In this document: one piece after another, positions 43,885 through 53,582 of the stretch
How the letters are laid out: the number at the start of each line of letters is the position of its first letter
Position numbering within the stretch: the first letter of the stretch is position 1
DNA from: Histomonas meleagridis 2922-C6/04-290x
Lineage: Eukaryota; Protista; Parabasalia
Direction: 5' to 3'
DNA: 64,000 bases
Assembly: GCA_020184695.1 (NCBI GenBank)
Contig: JAANOX010000121.1
Location: 1 to 64,000, forward strand
Program-made: the position numbers and the translations under genes
The notes under the pieces: generated by a model
The model's database searches: none
Seen by the model: only the letters and a program-made list of their open reading frames with translations
What the model was told of the DNA's origin: nothing

Positions 43885-45360
43885 TTATAGTTTTCCAAAA
43901 TGTTCATTAAATTTTGTTATTACATTTTTTAGTTCAATTGTTTCTTCTTCGTATTCCAATTTTGCAATGATTATTGCCTTTTTCGCTAATTCCTTTTTAT
44001 TAAAATCGATTGCCACATCTGCGAAATCGATTAAATTTTCCACAAAATTCAAATTAATTTCGTTGACTTTATCCATAATTAATTTCAGAACAAATTTATT
44101 CAATTTAATTATATTTAAAGACGTGAACAAGTTATTCATCAAATATTTAGTTTCAGGATTCATTAACACTTCATAAAATGGAACTTTAGCTTCGTCAGTA
44201 ATTTTCGATCCTAAAATTTGAATATAATTTACAAAACCAATTAATACTAAATGCGGATTATTCGAACTAAACTGAATAGAACGTGAAAATAATATTTGCA
44301 ATGAATTAGAAATCGTATAAGGACCAACTTCACGTATTATTTCATTCATACGCGAAGCTTTTTCGGTCTTTTTTAAAACAGCATTCAAAAGTCTTAATGC
44401 ACAATTTTCGCCTCCATTTCTTCTAAATAATGCTCCAATTAAATTTAAGTTTTTGGTAAAATCAGTATCACTTGTTATCGAAGAATAATCAAGTGTAAAA
44501 TTGTATATCTTTGTTGTTGTTATATAATATTTGTTCCGAAAAATGGTTCCTTGCTCTATCGTTTGAGGTTCGCCGATAGAAACGATAGCTTTCAATTCTA
44601 AATCAAACAAAAGTGACTTGCTTGAAGATGAAGCAAAAAGACAATTATCATAGAGAGAGAAGAAGATATTATCAGAAGATAAAACAGTTGGAAGTGTGTA
44701 CTTGTTTGAAAAAAGTCGCTTGTGCTTAATATCTATTTTTCGAATTTTATAATCAGTGAGAACTAAAAAAAGTTCACTTCGAGTATAAAAAAAAGAATTT
44801 ATGCGAAGAGGTTCTGAAGATGAGAAAATAACTTCTTCTGGAGAATTAGGTCTGAATTTATAAAATGTAAATCCATTGGATGAAAGAATCAATAAAATAT
44901 TTTTATAAAATCGCGCGCCACTGATGTTTTCCTTCCGGTAAAGAATAGGTTCTATGTCAAGTGAATAAAGTCCAAAGCCTTCTTCTGATATTACACAAAA
45001 TGTGTTAGAGTATGGAGAAAACGCTGATAAAACATTGCAATGAAAATAAAGAGAAGATAAATCAATCTTTTCATATTGATTTTTTTCAATGTTATAAATT
45101 ATTAGTATTGGGATTGAATCATGGATCAGAAAAAAGAATACATGTATTTCTCTATCTATGAATCCCACATTTTTGATTGTATCTTTAATAGGATCAAGAT
45201 TTAAACCTGATGTATAAACTTTCACAAAATTATCTTTTTTGAATATATACATTGTTTTAAAATCTTTTGAAATAACGATGAACTTGCTTTGGCTAATGAA
45301 TCGCTCGCCATTAGGTATTTCAATTTGGTTATCGAAGACGAAAAGCGAGCTGTTTTCCAT
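43885..45360 (-). CDS. Hypothetical 491-aa protein: beta-rich N-terminus and helical C-terminus (RMC1/Mic1-like?)
   Basis: Long ORF; architecture is similar to RMC1, but the assignment is inferred only. Confidence 0.7.
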   Translation of the reverse strand: MENSSLFVFDNQIEIPNGERFISQSKFIVISKDFKTMYIFKKDNFVKVYTSGLNLDPIKDTIKNVGFIDREIHVFFFLIHDSIPILIIYNIEKNQYEKIDLSSLYFHCNVLSAFSPYSNTFCVISEEGFGLYSLDIEPILYRKENISGARFYKNILLILSSNGFTFYKFRPNSPEEVIFSSSEPLRINSFFYTRSELFLVLTDYKIRKIDIKHKRLFSNKYTLPTVLSSDNIFFSLYDNCLFASSSSKSLLFDLELKAIVSIGEPQTIEQGTIFRNKYYITTTKIYNFTLDYSSITSDTDFTKNLNLIGALFRRNGGENCALRLLNAVLKKTEKASRMNEIIREVGPYTISNSLQILFSRSIQFSSNNPHLVLIGFVNYIQILGSKITDEAKVPFYEVLMNPETKYLMNNLFTSLNIIKLNKFVLKLIMDKVNEINLNFVENLIDFADVAIDFNKKELAKKAIIIAKLEYEEETIELKNVITKFNEHFGKL

Positions 45361-45847
45361 TTCATTTCACATGGCATTTCCGTTCATGGTAATCATTTTT
45401 TACTAAAGAAAAAGCACTTTAATACCAAAAGAATTTCAAAAAACAAGTTAAACACTTGTTCCCAAATTTAAAATTAATATTACTAGTCGATGTAAAAAAG
45501 AGTTCATTTACAAAAAATGAGCATTTATTATTTCACAATGATTATACATTTTCTATAATAAAGTCATAATCATTTTTTTATGCTTTAGAATGATAATTTA
45601 AAATTATCAAAAAGATTCATTCATATAAAACTTTTGTTTTTTTTCAAAACATGTTCATTTCCCTTCGTACAAAATGGAATTTGAGCATATCTCAAAGTGT
45701 TGAACTCAGCAAAAGGTTTTGCATTTTCTTAATTTTTCAAATTTTGAAAAACCAGAAACGTTAAGTCACTTCACTCTGACTGCTGTGGGTATTTCAAATA
45801 ACGTAATCCTTTCAAAAAACCGCAATATTCTGGCCAGGAAATTGAAC

Positions 45848-46702
45848 ATGAAATTCCACAGAGCAATTGTTGGTGATAAAATTCTTGATACAGTTGGACC
45901 AACTTACTACCCAATAATTACGATTGTTACTACACTTATTTTATGTCGCTTTGTATACTTAAGAAAATCACTTACATTTTCAGGTTGTGTTGCAACAATG
46001 TTTGTTGGTGTTTCTGTCTTTTGGAATTTTGGGTTTGGTGGATATCTTATATTACTCGTATTCTTTTTTACTTCAACAATATTCACTAAAATCTCAAAAA
46101 AGCAAACACAAAATATTGCTTCTGGAATTCAGAAAAAAGGTGGTTGCCGTGATCATTTCCAAGTTCTTGCAAATGGTGGGATAGCAGCCTTTTTAGCGAT
46201 ATTTTATAGATTTACTGGAAACCCAATTTTTATAGCTTTATTCGGTGCTTCCATAGCAGAGTCTACAGCAGATACATGGGCTGGTGAAATTGGTATTATG
46301 AGTCCTGGTCTACCAATTTCGATTATTACTTTGAAATCCGTTCAAAAAGGTCTTTCTGGTGGTATTTCTAAGCTTGGAACTATTGCTGCATTCGTTGGAT
46401 CTTTCCTTATATCCATAATTTGGTGCTTTTTCTACTACAACCTTTGTTCACATTGGTTCAAAGACACACTTTTTATTTCAATTTCTGGTTTTATTGGCTG
46501 TTTAGTTGATTCTATTTTTGGGGATTTGTTCCAAGTGCATTATCTTGTTCATGGTACAAATCAAATAACTGAACATGAATTTACAAACGGCGTTCAGAAC
46601 CAGTACTTTAAAGGAGTGACATGGATGAACAATGATATGGTCAACTTCTTGAGCAACTTGTCATCCTGCGCCTGTTTTTTAGTTCTAAAGTTCATCTTTT
46701 AA
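45848..46702 (+). CDS. DUF92/TMEM19 membrane protein
   Basis: GGCRDHFQVLANGG, STADTWAGEIG, GLSGGISKLGT, DSIFG and NNDMVNFLS. Confidence 0.92.
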   Translation: MKFHRAIVGDKILDTVGPTYYPIITIVTTLILCRFVYLRKSLTFSGCVATMFVGVSVFWNFGFGGYLILLVFFFTSTIFTKISKKQTQNIASGIQKKGGCRDHFQVLANGGIAAFLAIFYRFTGNPIFIALFGASIAESTADTWAGEIGIMSPGLPISIITLKSVQKGLSGGISKLGTIAAFVGSFLISIIWCFFYYNLCSHWFKDTLFISISGFIGCLVDSIFGDLFQVHYLVHGTNQITEHEFTNGVQNQYFKGVTWMNNDMVNFLSNLSSCACFLVLKFIF

Positions 46703-46845
46703 TCAGGATCCTCAAAATTCAAACTTTGTGTAAAAGAGTTTTTTCTTATATTTTTGGGAAACACAAACATTCACTCATCGAGTCAATGCAATAACAGGAT
46801 ATCGATAAATAACAATTTTTATGTAAAAGATTTTTGCGATCGTTA

Positions 46846-46853
46846 GACGGTTA
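46846..46853 (+). promoter_or_regulatory. M3-like core promoter motif upstream of an Inr-like element
   Basis: GACGGTTA followed by GTCACACT at about 46866; ATG at 46902. Confidence 0.55.
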
Positions 46854-46901
46854 AACTCACAAAAAGTCACACTTTTCAGTTCAAATAATTTTTTGCTAAA
46901 A

Positions 46902-47651
46902 ATGGACTCATCTCAGATTGAATCAGTTTGGGACAAAACTAAGCAAATGTTTTCTGACGGAATTGATATGGTGATTGGAGCTACAGCTTCTTTTTTTTCA
47001 ATCAATGATCCTGTGATAAAATCCAAAAATGAACAAATGAAAAAAATGCTTAAAAACACAAAACAAGCTTTGCTTGCAATCAAAGATTTGAAGCTTGCAA
47101 TTGTCAATTTTTCTAAATGTTTACGTTCAACTACAATTAAATTTTCTGATTATTTTCTTCCAAGTCAATCACAATTCCAACCATCTCAAGCTTTCCTCTT
47201 ATCATCGATGAATTTCCACAAGTTCAGTATTGAATTATCAGATGTAATCATCCCAACTCAAATTGAAGCCAATTATCGTGAAATTCTTGAAGTGTTAACT
47301 TCTATTAAACGAACCAAAAGACAAATCACACGTCTTTGTTTCCAAAAGGAGAAGCTTACAAATGAGTTAAATGATTTAGTTGCAATGGGATCTAATACTC
47401 AACTTACCAAACTAAATGAAAAAATTGATGGATTACTCCCAATTTATGTCCAAAAGGTAGATAACGCAACAGAACTTTATGAGAAAAACAAAAGGAAATC
47501 TCTTGATGCGCTCATATTCTATCAAAAGCAATACATAACAGCATTAAGAAAAGCCTTTCCACAAAGAGAGCAAATCCCATTTGAAAACATTGCGATTGAT
47601 TTTACTGAACTTGATGAAATTATTTCTCATTGCTCACCCTCGCATCAATAA
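46902..47651 (+). CDS. Hypothetical helical protein (BAR-like)
   Basis: Long amphipathic helices; M3-like motif and Inr-like GTCACACT upstream. Confidence 0.7.
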   Translation: MDSSQIESVWDKTKQMFSDGIDMVIGATASFFSINDPVIKSKNEQMKKMLKNTKQALLAIKDLKLAIVNFSKCLRSTTIKFSDYFLPSQSQFQPSQAFLLSSMNFHKFSIELSDVIIPTQIEANYREILEVLTSIKRTKRQITRLCFQKEKLTNELNDLVAMGSNTQLTKLNEKIDGLLPIYVQKVDNATELYEKNKRKSLDALIFYQKQYITALRKAFPQREQIPFENIAIDFTELDEIISHCSPSHQ

Positions 47652-48122
47652 AAGTGACATTGTCTTCATGATTTTTCATTTTCGTAAACATAATATGTAC
47701 ATTTAAGATATTTGTGATATAATTCTGAGTATTAATCAAGTTTATACAAAGAATATAGATTAGAGAAAGCAGGAGCTTTGCTGAATAGGACAAGTTTTTA
47801 TCTAACAATGGTAATCCTGTAGTGCAAAACTATTCCCTTAACACACAGATTCTTTACCTTTTTTTAATAAAATTCAAATGATTCTTCAATCAAAAACTTT
47901 GTGTTTTATATATTTGTGATATAATTTTTATCATAAACAATTGCTATTATTGATCTGCAATTCAATTTAAAGGAAAACTCCATTCCCAATCGTTTTGAAT
48001 CCATCTGATGATTGTAATAATAATTTCTATGTCTTTGCTTTACTTTTAATGGTTCCGATGTTTTTTAGTTTCTTTGAGTTACGAATTATCGAAAATGCAT
48101 TCAAATTTATTAATTATTATTA

Positions 48123-49439
48123 TTACCAAATGAAAGATAATTTCTTGTTGCATACTCTACAATGCGAAGGTGTCACGCACACGCTGTCTCCCACCTCAAA
48201 GAACGGGAATCGCACGCTTTTGTTGAAGTACTGCATGTTCAGCTCGATGATGAGCCTTCCCCAGTTACTTCCTACTGTTCCGATCATGTAGTCAGCCTTA
48301 ATGAGCTCTTGCAAATTGGCCAATGAACTTATTGACTCCCACAGCGCCGTCTTTGCGTCGTGTGCATTACTATGGTCGTGTCCGCCTTTAGGTCTTGTGC
48401 AATTGTAGTAAGAGAAGTCATAAAAGTCTTTGTATTGGAGGAACTCATTTAATGCATTTGAGTCATCACTATTTACAAACACTGATAACTTTTTGTTGTC
48501 ATATGACTCAAGTTTTCGGATTATTTCTAATGGATAACGATATTTATCGGATGGAACTAAGTTCATTTCAAGATATTTAGAGCCGCGCCGAATGAATATT
48601 GATACGTCATAATGATCTTTTGCATTAACAATGTATTTCTCTTTGAACTCTTTCAGCCATTTCTTGAGATTATCATTCGGATGTGTGATATAATATGCTG
48701 TTTGAATCCGCCATAAGAAATAATATACTTCGGGTGGAGATGCTGTTTGTGAAAATACTTTTATTACTGACTCAGGAATACTGAAGCGATTAACTGGTGG
48801 CGCTTTGAGGTATTTAGGATTCGAATAATTAATTTCATCGGATGTAAGTTGACATTTTGATAAAGGACGGAAAAAACAATCAAAGCCTTGAGTCCCTTTG
48901 CAATGGGAAAAATTGGTGTATCTGTTTTGTTCTCTGGGATCATAAACTACTGTCCGATTGAATATTATACCATCTGCAATATAAGCTCCGAATACATGAA
49001 TCATTGAACCAATGCCATTAGCCATATAATTTGGAATAATAAGGAAGTTACGTTGGCTACAATCCGCGGGATATTGATTCTCGTAAATGATTCGCTGGAT
49101 TTCTTCCGTCCCATAAATTCCATGTTTTTCTTTTTTGGGATATGGTTTGTCAAGTTGATGGTCGAAAAAGAAGACTTTTTGTCGCATGAAGTCATATGGG
49201 TATATTTGATTTAATACATTAATAATTTCTCCTTTTGTCATGTTCTTGCTTAGTATCCATTCCCACATCTTGTAGTGTGGCTTACAACACTTAGTAAAAT
49301 CGACATATAGATTTGATCCATCTTTCTTATATACAATTGTTGATTGATTGTTAAAAAATAAATTTAAGCAAATAAAAAAATGAATTATTATTAGCATAAA
49401 TGGAAGAATCAAAAGTTGGCTTCCGTTTTGTGAATCCAT
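48123..49439 (-). CDS. Alpha-1,6-fucosyltransferase-like protein (GT23/FUT8-type)
   Basis: N-terminal TM segment; motif I SIFIRRGSK, motif II VFVNSDD and motif III LIKADYMIGTVGSNWGRL. The native ATG is inferred at 49439. Confidence 0.75.
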   Translation of the reverse strand: MDSQNGSQLLILPFMLIIIHFFICLNLFFNNQSTIVYKKDGSNLYVDFTKCCKPHYKMWEWILSKNMTKGEIINVLNQIYPYDFMRQKVFFFDHQLDKPYPKKEKHGIYGTEEIQRIIYENQYPADCSQRNFLIIPNYMANGIGSMIHVFGAYIADGIIFNRTVVYDPREQNRYTNFSHCKGTQGFDCFFRPLSKCQLTSDEINYSNPKYLKAPPVNRFSIPESVIKVFSQTASPPEVYYFLWRIQTAYYITHPNDNLKKWLKEFKEKYIVNAKDHYDVSIFIRRGSKYLEMNLVPSDKYRYPLEIIRKLESYDNKKLSVFVNSDDSNALNEFLQYKDFYDFSYYNCTRPKGGHDHSNAHDAKTALWESISSLANLQELIKADYMIGTVGSNWGRLIIELNMQYFNKSVRFPFFEVGDSVCVTPSHCRVCNKKLSFIW

Positions 49440-49476
49440 TTGGGGGGTTAAACACGGATTATACTTTCTGTAGATA

Positions 49477-51494
49477 CAGTCCCGGACAGGAAAAAATGTC
49501 CATTGTCCATAAAAAATGTCCACAGAAAAAACCGCCATAATAAGTAAACGTTCGTCGGCCAGTAATTTTGGCCATCGGCCATAAAAAATGTCCACAAAGT
49601 TAACGTGCGAAAAAATTAACGTTCGTCGGCCAGTAATTTTGGCCATCGGACATAAAAAGCTGGCCAACGTATTTTTCCACTTTTACGGTTTTGTCACGAG
49701 ACAGAAAAAAATATCCATCGGACATAAAACTGTCCATTGGCCAGAAAAAATGTTCAAAGCCAAAAAAGTGTTTAATTTGAAGCATTTTACATATTATTTT
49801 TCATTGTGAAAACAGTATGTTTTTTATTTAAAATTTGTCTTACAAAATGGAATCGATTCTTTTGTTTTAACAGTCAATTTCATAAATTTGTGATATTTAT
49901 GATCGTCTTTATTCTAAAATCAGATTTTACATTTGTGTAATCAATTTTTTACTCTATAAATTCATTTAAAGTTTTGTCGGTACAGCTACAGTGCCGGCCA
50001 CAAAAATTTGACCATTGGAAGCTAAAAATTGTCCACTTTTTCACACAAAAATATCTGATCGTCTTTTTGGCATTAAAACCGTCCATTGGACATTAAGAAA
50101 TTGTCCACTTTTTTGGCAAAAATTTTTGATCGTCTTTTAGGCGTTAAAGCTGTCCGTTGGACATTTAAAATTGTCCACTTTTTAACGTTTTATAAACGTT
50201 TTCTGCCAGGACATTAATTTTTATCCATCGGTCATTAAAAATTGTCCACTTTTAACCGTCGGAGACCAAAAAAATGTCATATTACTCCAATAAAAATTAA
50301 GTGCGAAAAAATTAAAACAGTTGATTTATTATATATATTTTATACATTAGTATAAGCTTTAAATTTTGCTTGAAAATCTACTTTTGTCTCTCTCCTAATT
50401 AATTTTTTGCTTTTTCCTCTCTTTCTTTCGAATTTTTATGATTGACATCTAATCACATTGAATCTCAAATAAGATCATTAATAATGCTGAAATTTATATT
50501 TTATATCATATTTTATTACATTAAAATTTTGTTTGCTAAAAAAGATTCTTGTAATTTTAAAAACAGACCTTTTTGCAATTCTGCTCAGCAAGGGTGGCTC
50601 TCAATACCTAAAATACATTAATTTTTTGTACTTAATTTTTGTTGGAGTAATATGACATTTTTTTGGTCTCCGACGGTTAAAAGTGGACAATTTTTGATGA
50701 CCGATGGATAAAAATTAATGTCCTGGCAGAAAACGTTTATAAAACGTTAAAAAGTGGACAATTTTAAATGTCCAACGGACAGCTTTAATGCCAAAAAGAC
50801 GATCAGATATTTTTGTGTGAAAAAGTGGACAATTTTTAGCTTCCAATGATCAAATTTTTGTGGCCGGCACTGTAATACTTATTTTTTTCTCCTGTAATAT
50901 TTTTGTTTAAATAAAATATTACAATGCTGTATTTTTCGTTTTTTGATATAAATTTGTTTAATCATTATAATATTATCATTGAAAATCATATATAATATAA
51001 AATACATATTAAATAAAACGTATGCATATAATTATTTTACATATTAAAAGCTTATCTATGCTAAGGAATAAAATAGAAAGTTGTAATGATTTCGATGGCC
51101 AAATATACATTGAATTCATTCCTTTGCAAAGAATGTTTTTTATAAATGCAAAAATGATTATAAAATTAATATTCATTGTTATTTTTATATTCCTTTGAGA
51201 AATCATGCATTGAATTTATAAAATTCTATTTCAATCAGTTATTTCACGACAAATCTTTACATTTCGATTTAGCACTTTTTAGGAAATGGACAATTTTTCT
51301 GGCCAATGGACAGTTTTATGTCCGATGGATATTTTTTTCTGTCTCGTGACAAAACCGTAAAAGTGGAAAAATACGTTGGCCAGCTTTTTATGTCCGATGG
51401 CCAAAATTACTGGCCGACGAACGTTAATTTTTTCGCACGTTAACTTCGTGGACATTTTTTATGGACAATGAACATTTTTTGCTGTACGGGACTG
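49477..51494. mobile_element. Non-autonomous Tc1/mariner-type element (outer), 2018 bp including the nested insert
   Basis: TA|CAGTCCCG...CGGGACTG|TA termini; TIRs at about 49477-49750 and 51294-51494; no transposase ORF. Confidence 0.9.
49989..50872. mobile_element. Nested non-autonomous Tc1/mariner-type element (inner), 884 bp
   Basis: TA|CAGTGCCGGCC...GGCCGGCACTG|TA termini; TIRs at about 49989-50301 and 50621-50872 with AAATTGTCCACTTTT subrepeats. Confidence 0.9.
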
Positions 51495-52219
51495 TATTTT
51501 TTATTTCACATTGGTCAGTTTTAAGTTCGAATGGGTTACAGCCAAGGGGCACCCCATGGTCTTGTGGTCTGGATGAACCTCCTCATTTTATAACGATCAA
51601 AAACAATTCAAAAGGTGGGGAATGTCATCGATGATGATAGAAAAAGATCATAACGGGCGAAAGGCCTGGCATTTTTTATGAATGATCATATTAAATTTAA
51701 AAAGTGAGGAATTGTCATAAAATTTCAGTGGTAGTTAAGATTTTCCAATATCTTAATAAAAATTCAAAAACTTTTAAAATAAATTAAGAATTTTAGAATG
51801 AATATCAAATAATTAAATTGCAAAAATCTAAAAGATGAAATTGTAAAGCTCCAAAAAATGCCGTTGAAAATAAATTTAATTTTAATCAATCAAAGAATTG
51901 AATCATCACTTTATAAAAGATGGTATATTTTTTTTTAATAAAAAATGTGAAAATTTTCATCAATTGATGGAACTTTTTTTCTGTACTAAATATTTTAAAT
52001 ATTCAATTATAATTGAGGCAACTTATAATAAAACAAGAAGCTAAGGATTTGCAAGTGAGAATCTTTCATTATTTAATCATCTAAACAAATTATATTTAAA
52101 TAAAGTAAGAAATAAAACAAAAAAAAAATATTCAACTAATTTTTATAAAAATTACAAATTTAACAACAAGTCAAACATTCAATCAAATAAAACATAGTTT
52201 CTTTTATCCACAAACACAT

Positions 52220-53107
52220 TTAACTAAAATCAATTCCAAACTTCTGAGCCAGTTCCATTAATTTAACATATATTGGGTGATCTTGTTCAAGTACTTTACT
52301 TGGGGCGATGTCTTTAATGAATGGATCGAACACATAAAAATTGCCTCTTTCCAAAACAACTGAATAAAAATGCTCTCCATTATAAACAACCCAATTTCTA
52401 AGTAAGGAATCAGAAACATTTGCCCCTGCGGGAAGAAGACTTCGCTCATTTTCATAAAGTTGAATAATGCCAATTGACATTTTGGATGTTGCGCAACTAT
52501 TAAGTGACCCACTATATATAGTGTATTCATCTGATACGCTATCAATGGCTTCGCCTCGTATAAGAAGTGTTACAAAATGAATGTCTGTATTTCCATCATC
52601 ATCAATAAACGTTTCTGGAAAAGCATATGAACTTAACTTTTCAGGCCCTGCTGTGTACACAAATGAGAGAGAAAGAAGAAATATGGCAAATGGCTGATTA
52701 AAAAAATCGGTTCGTAGTATGTATTGTGTAAAAATTTCTTGACTTGTGGTTGTAAAAATATCTATTCTTTTCTCTCCTAAATCAACATAAGTAACTAGGC
52801 TGAAAACACCTGGATTTAATTTATTCATTATGTCAATTATTGAAAAAATCAAAAGAATAATAGGCTCATTTTCACGATTGGATTGGTGTTGTAGAATAAC
52901 ATGAGATTGGAGAGCAGCAAAAACACCGCATGGACCTGCACTGATTTGACAAAGTCGAATCGTACCTTCATAAAAAAGGATTGGTTGATTCCAATTTTCA
53001 GGAATTTGTGCATTATTTATATAGTTACGAGGAAGCATAAATTTTAAAATGTAATCAACTGCTTTTCCCCTCAGTACACCTTGATCGGCAAAAGAGTCTT
53101 TATCCAT
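52220..53107 (-). CDS. MINDY-3/4 (DUF4205)-like deubiquitinase
   Basis: LCQISAGPCGVFAALQSHVI (Gln and catalytic Cys) and WVVYNGEHFYSV (His). Confidence 0.75.
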   Translation of the reverse strand: MDKDSFADQGVLRGKAVDYILKFMLPRNYINNAQIPENWNQPILFYEGTIRLCQISAGPCGVFAALQSHVILQHQSNRENEPIILLIFSIIDIMNKLNPGVFSLVTYVDLGEKRIDIFTTTSQEIFTQYILRTDFFNQPFAIFLLSLSFVYTAGPEKLSSYAFPETFIDDDGNTDIHFVTLLIRGEAIDSVSDEYTIYSGSLNSCATSKMSIGIIQLYENERSLLPAGANVSDSLLRNWVVYNGEHFYSVVLERGNFYVFDPFIKDIAPSKVLEQDHPIYVKLMELAQKFGIDFS

Positions 53108-53582
53108 TCTTAATAAACGGTCAAAACAATTTTTTGTGGAAGTTATTTAACGTCTTTTTTGCACGTTAATCGAACTTTTTTCTCATTCAGATATTAATAT
53201 GTTATAATAGATAAAATCTGTGTTTCCCAAGGTCAGCATATTGTATTGTATAAAAATCGATATATCACTATTTTTTTTAAATTAATGAAAATTTACATTT
53301 CAATAATTAATATTTATAAATTTACAATTTTCTTAATATTTTTTATCATTTATTTTCCACAGGATTTATCTGTGGAATTTCTCTAAATTTCTATTTAAAT
53401 TTTTATGGGTATGAAATCAATTTTGATTATCAATTCGACGCGTATTGAAATTTTAGCTGTATTGCTCATTTTTTAAAAATCGCTGTTTTTATATATGTAT
53501 ATATGAATATTAAACAAATTTCATATTTTTCGATAATAATTACGATATACAAGATTTGCTGTTTAAAGAAGTAGACTCTGAA

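Noticed and set aside
49588-49809. Short ORFs within the outer TIR
   Set aside because: Arise from TIR subrepeats; no transposase motifs.
51566-51640. tRNA-Sec-like start (GTCTGGATGAACCTC) with downstream TTCAAA
   Set aside because: D, anticodon and T stems cannot be paired, so no cloverleaf forms.
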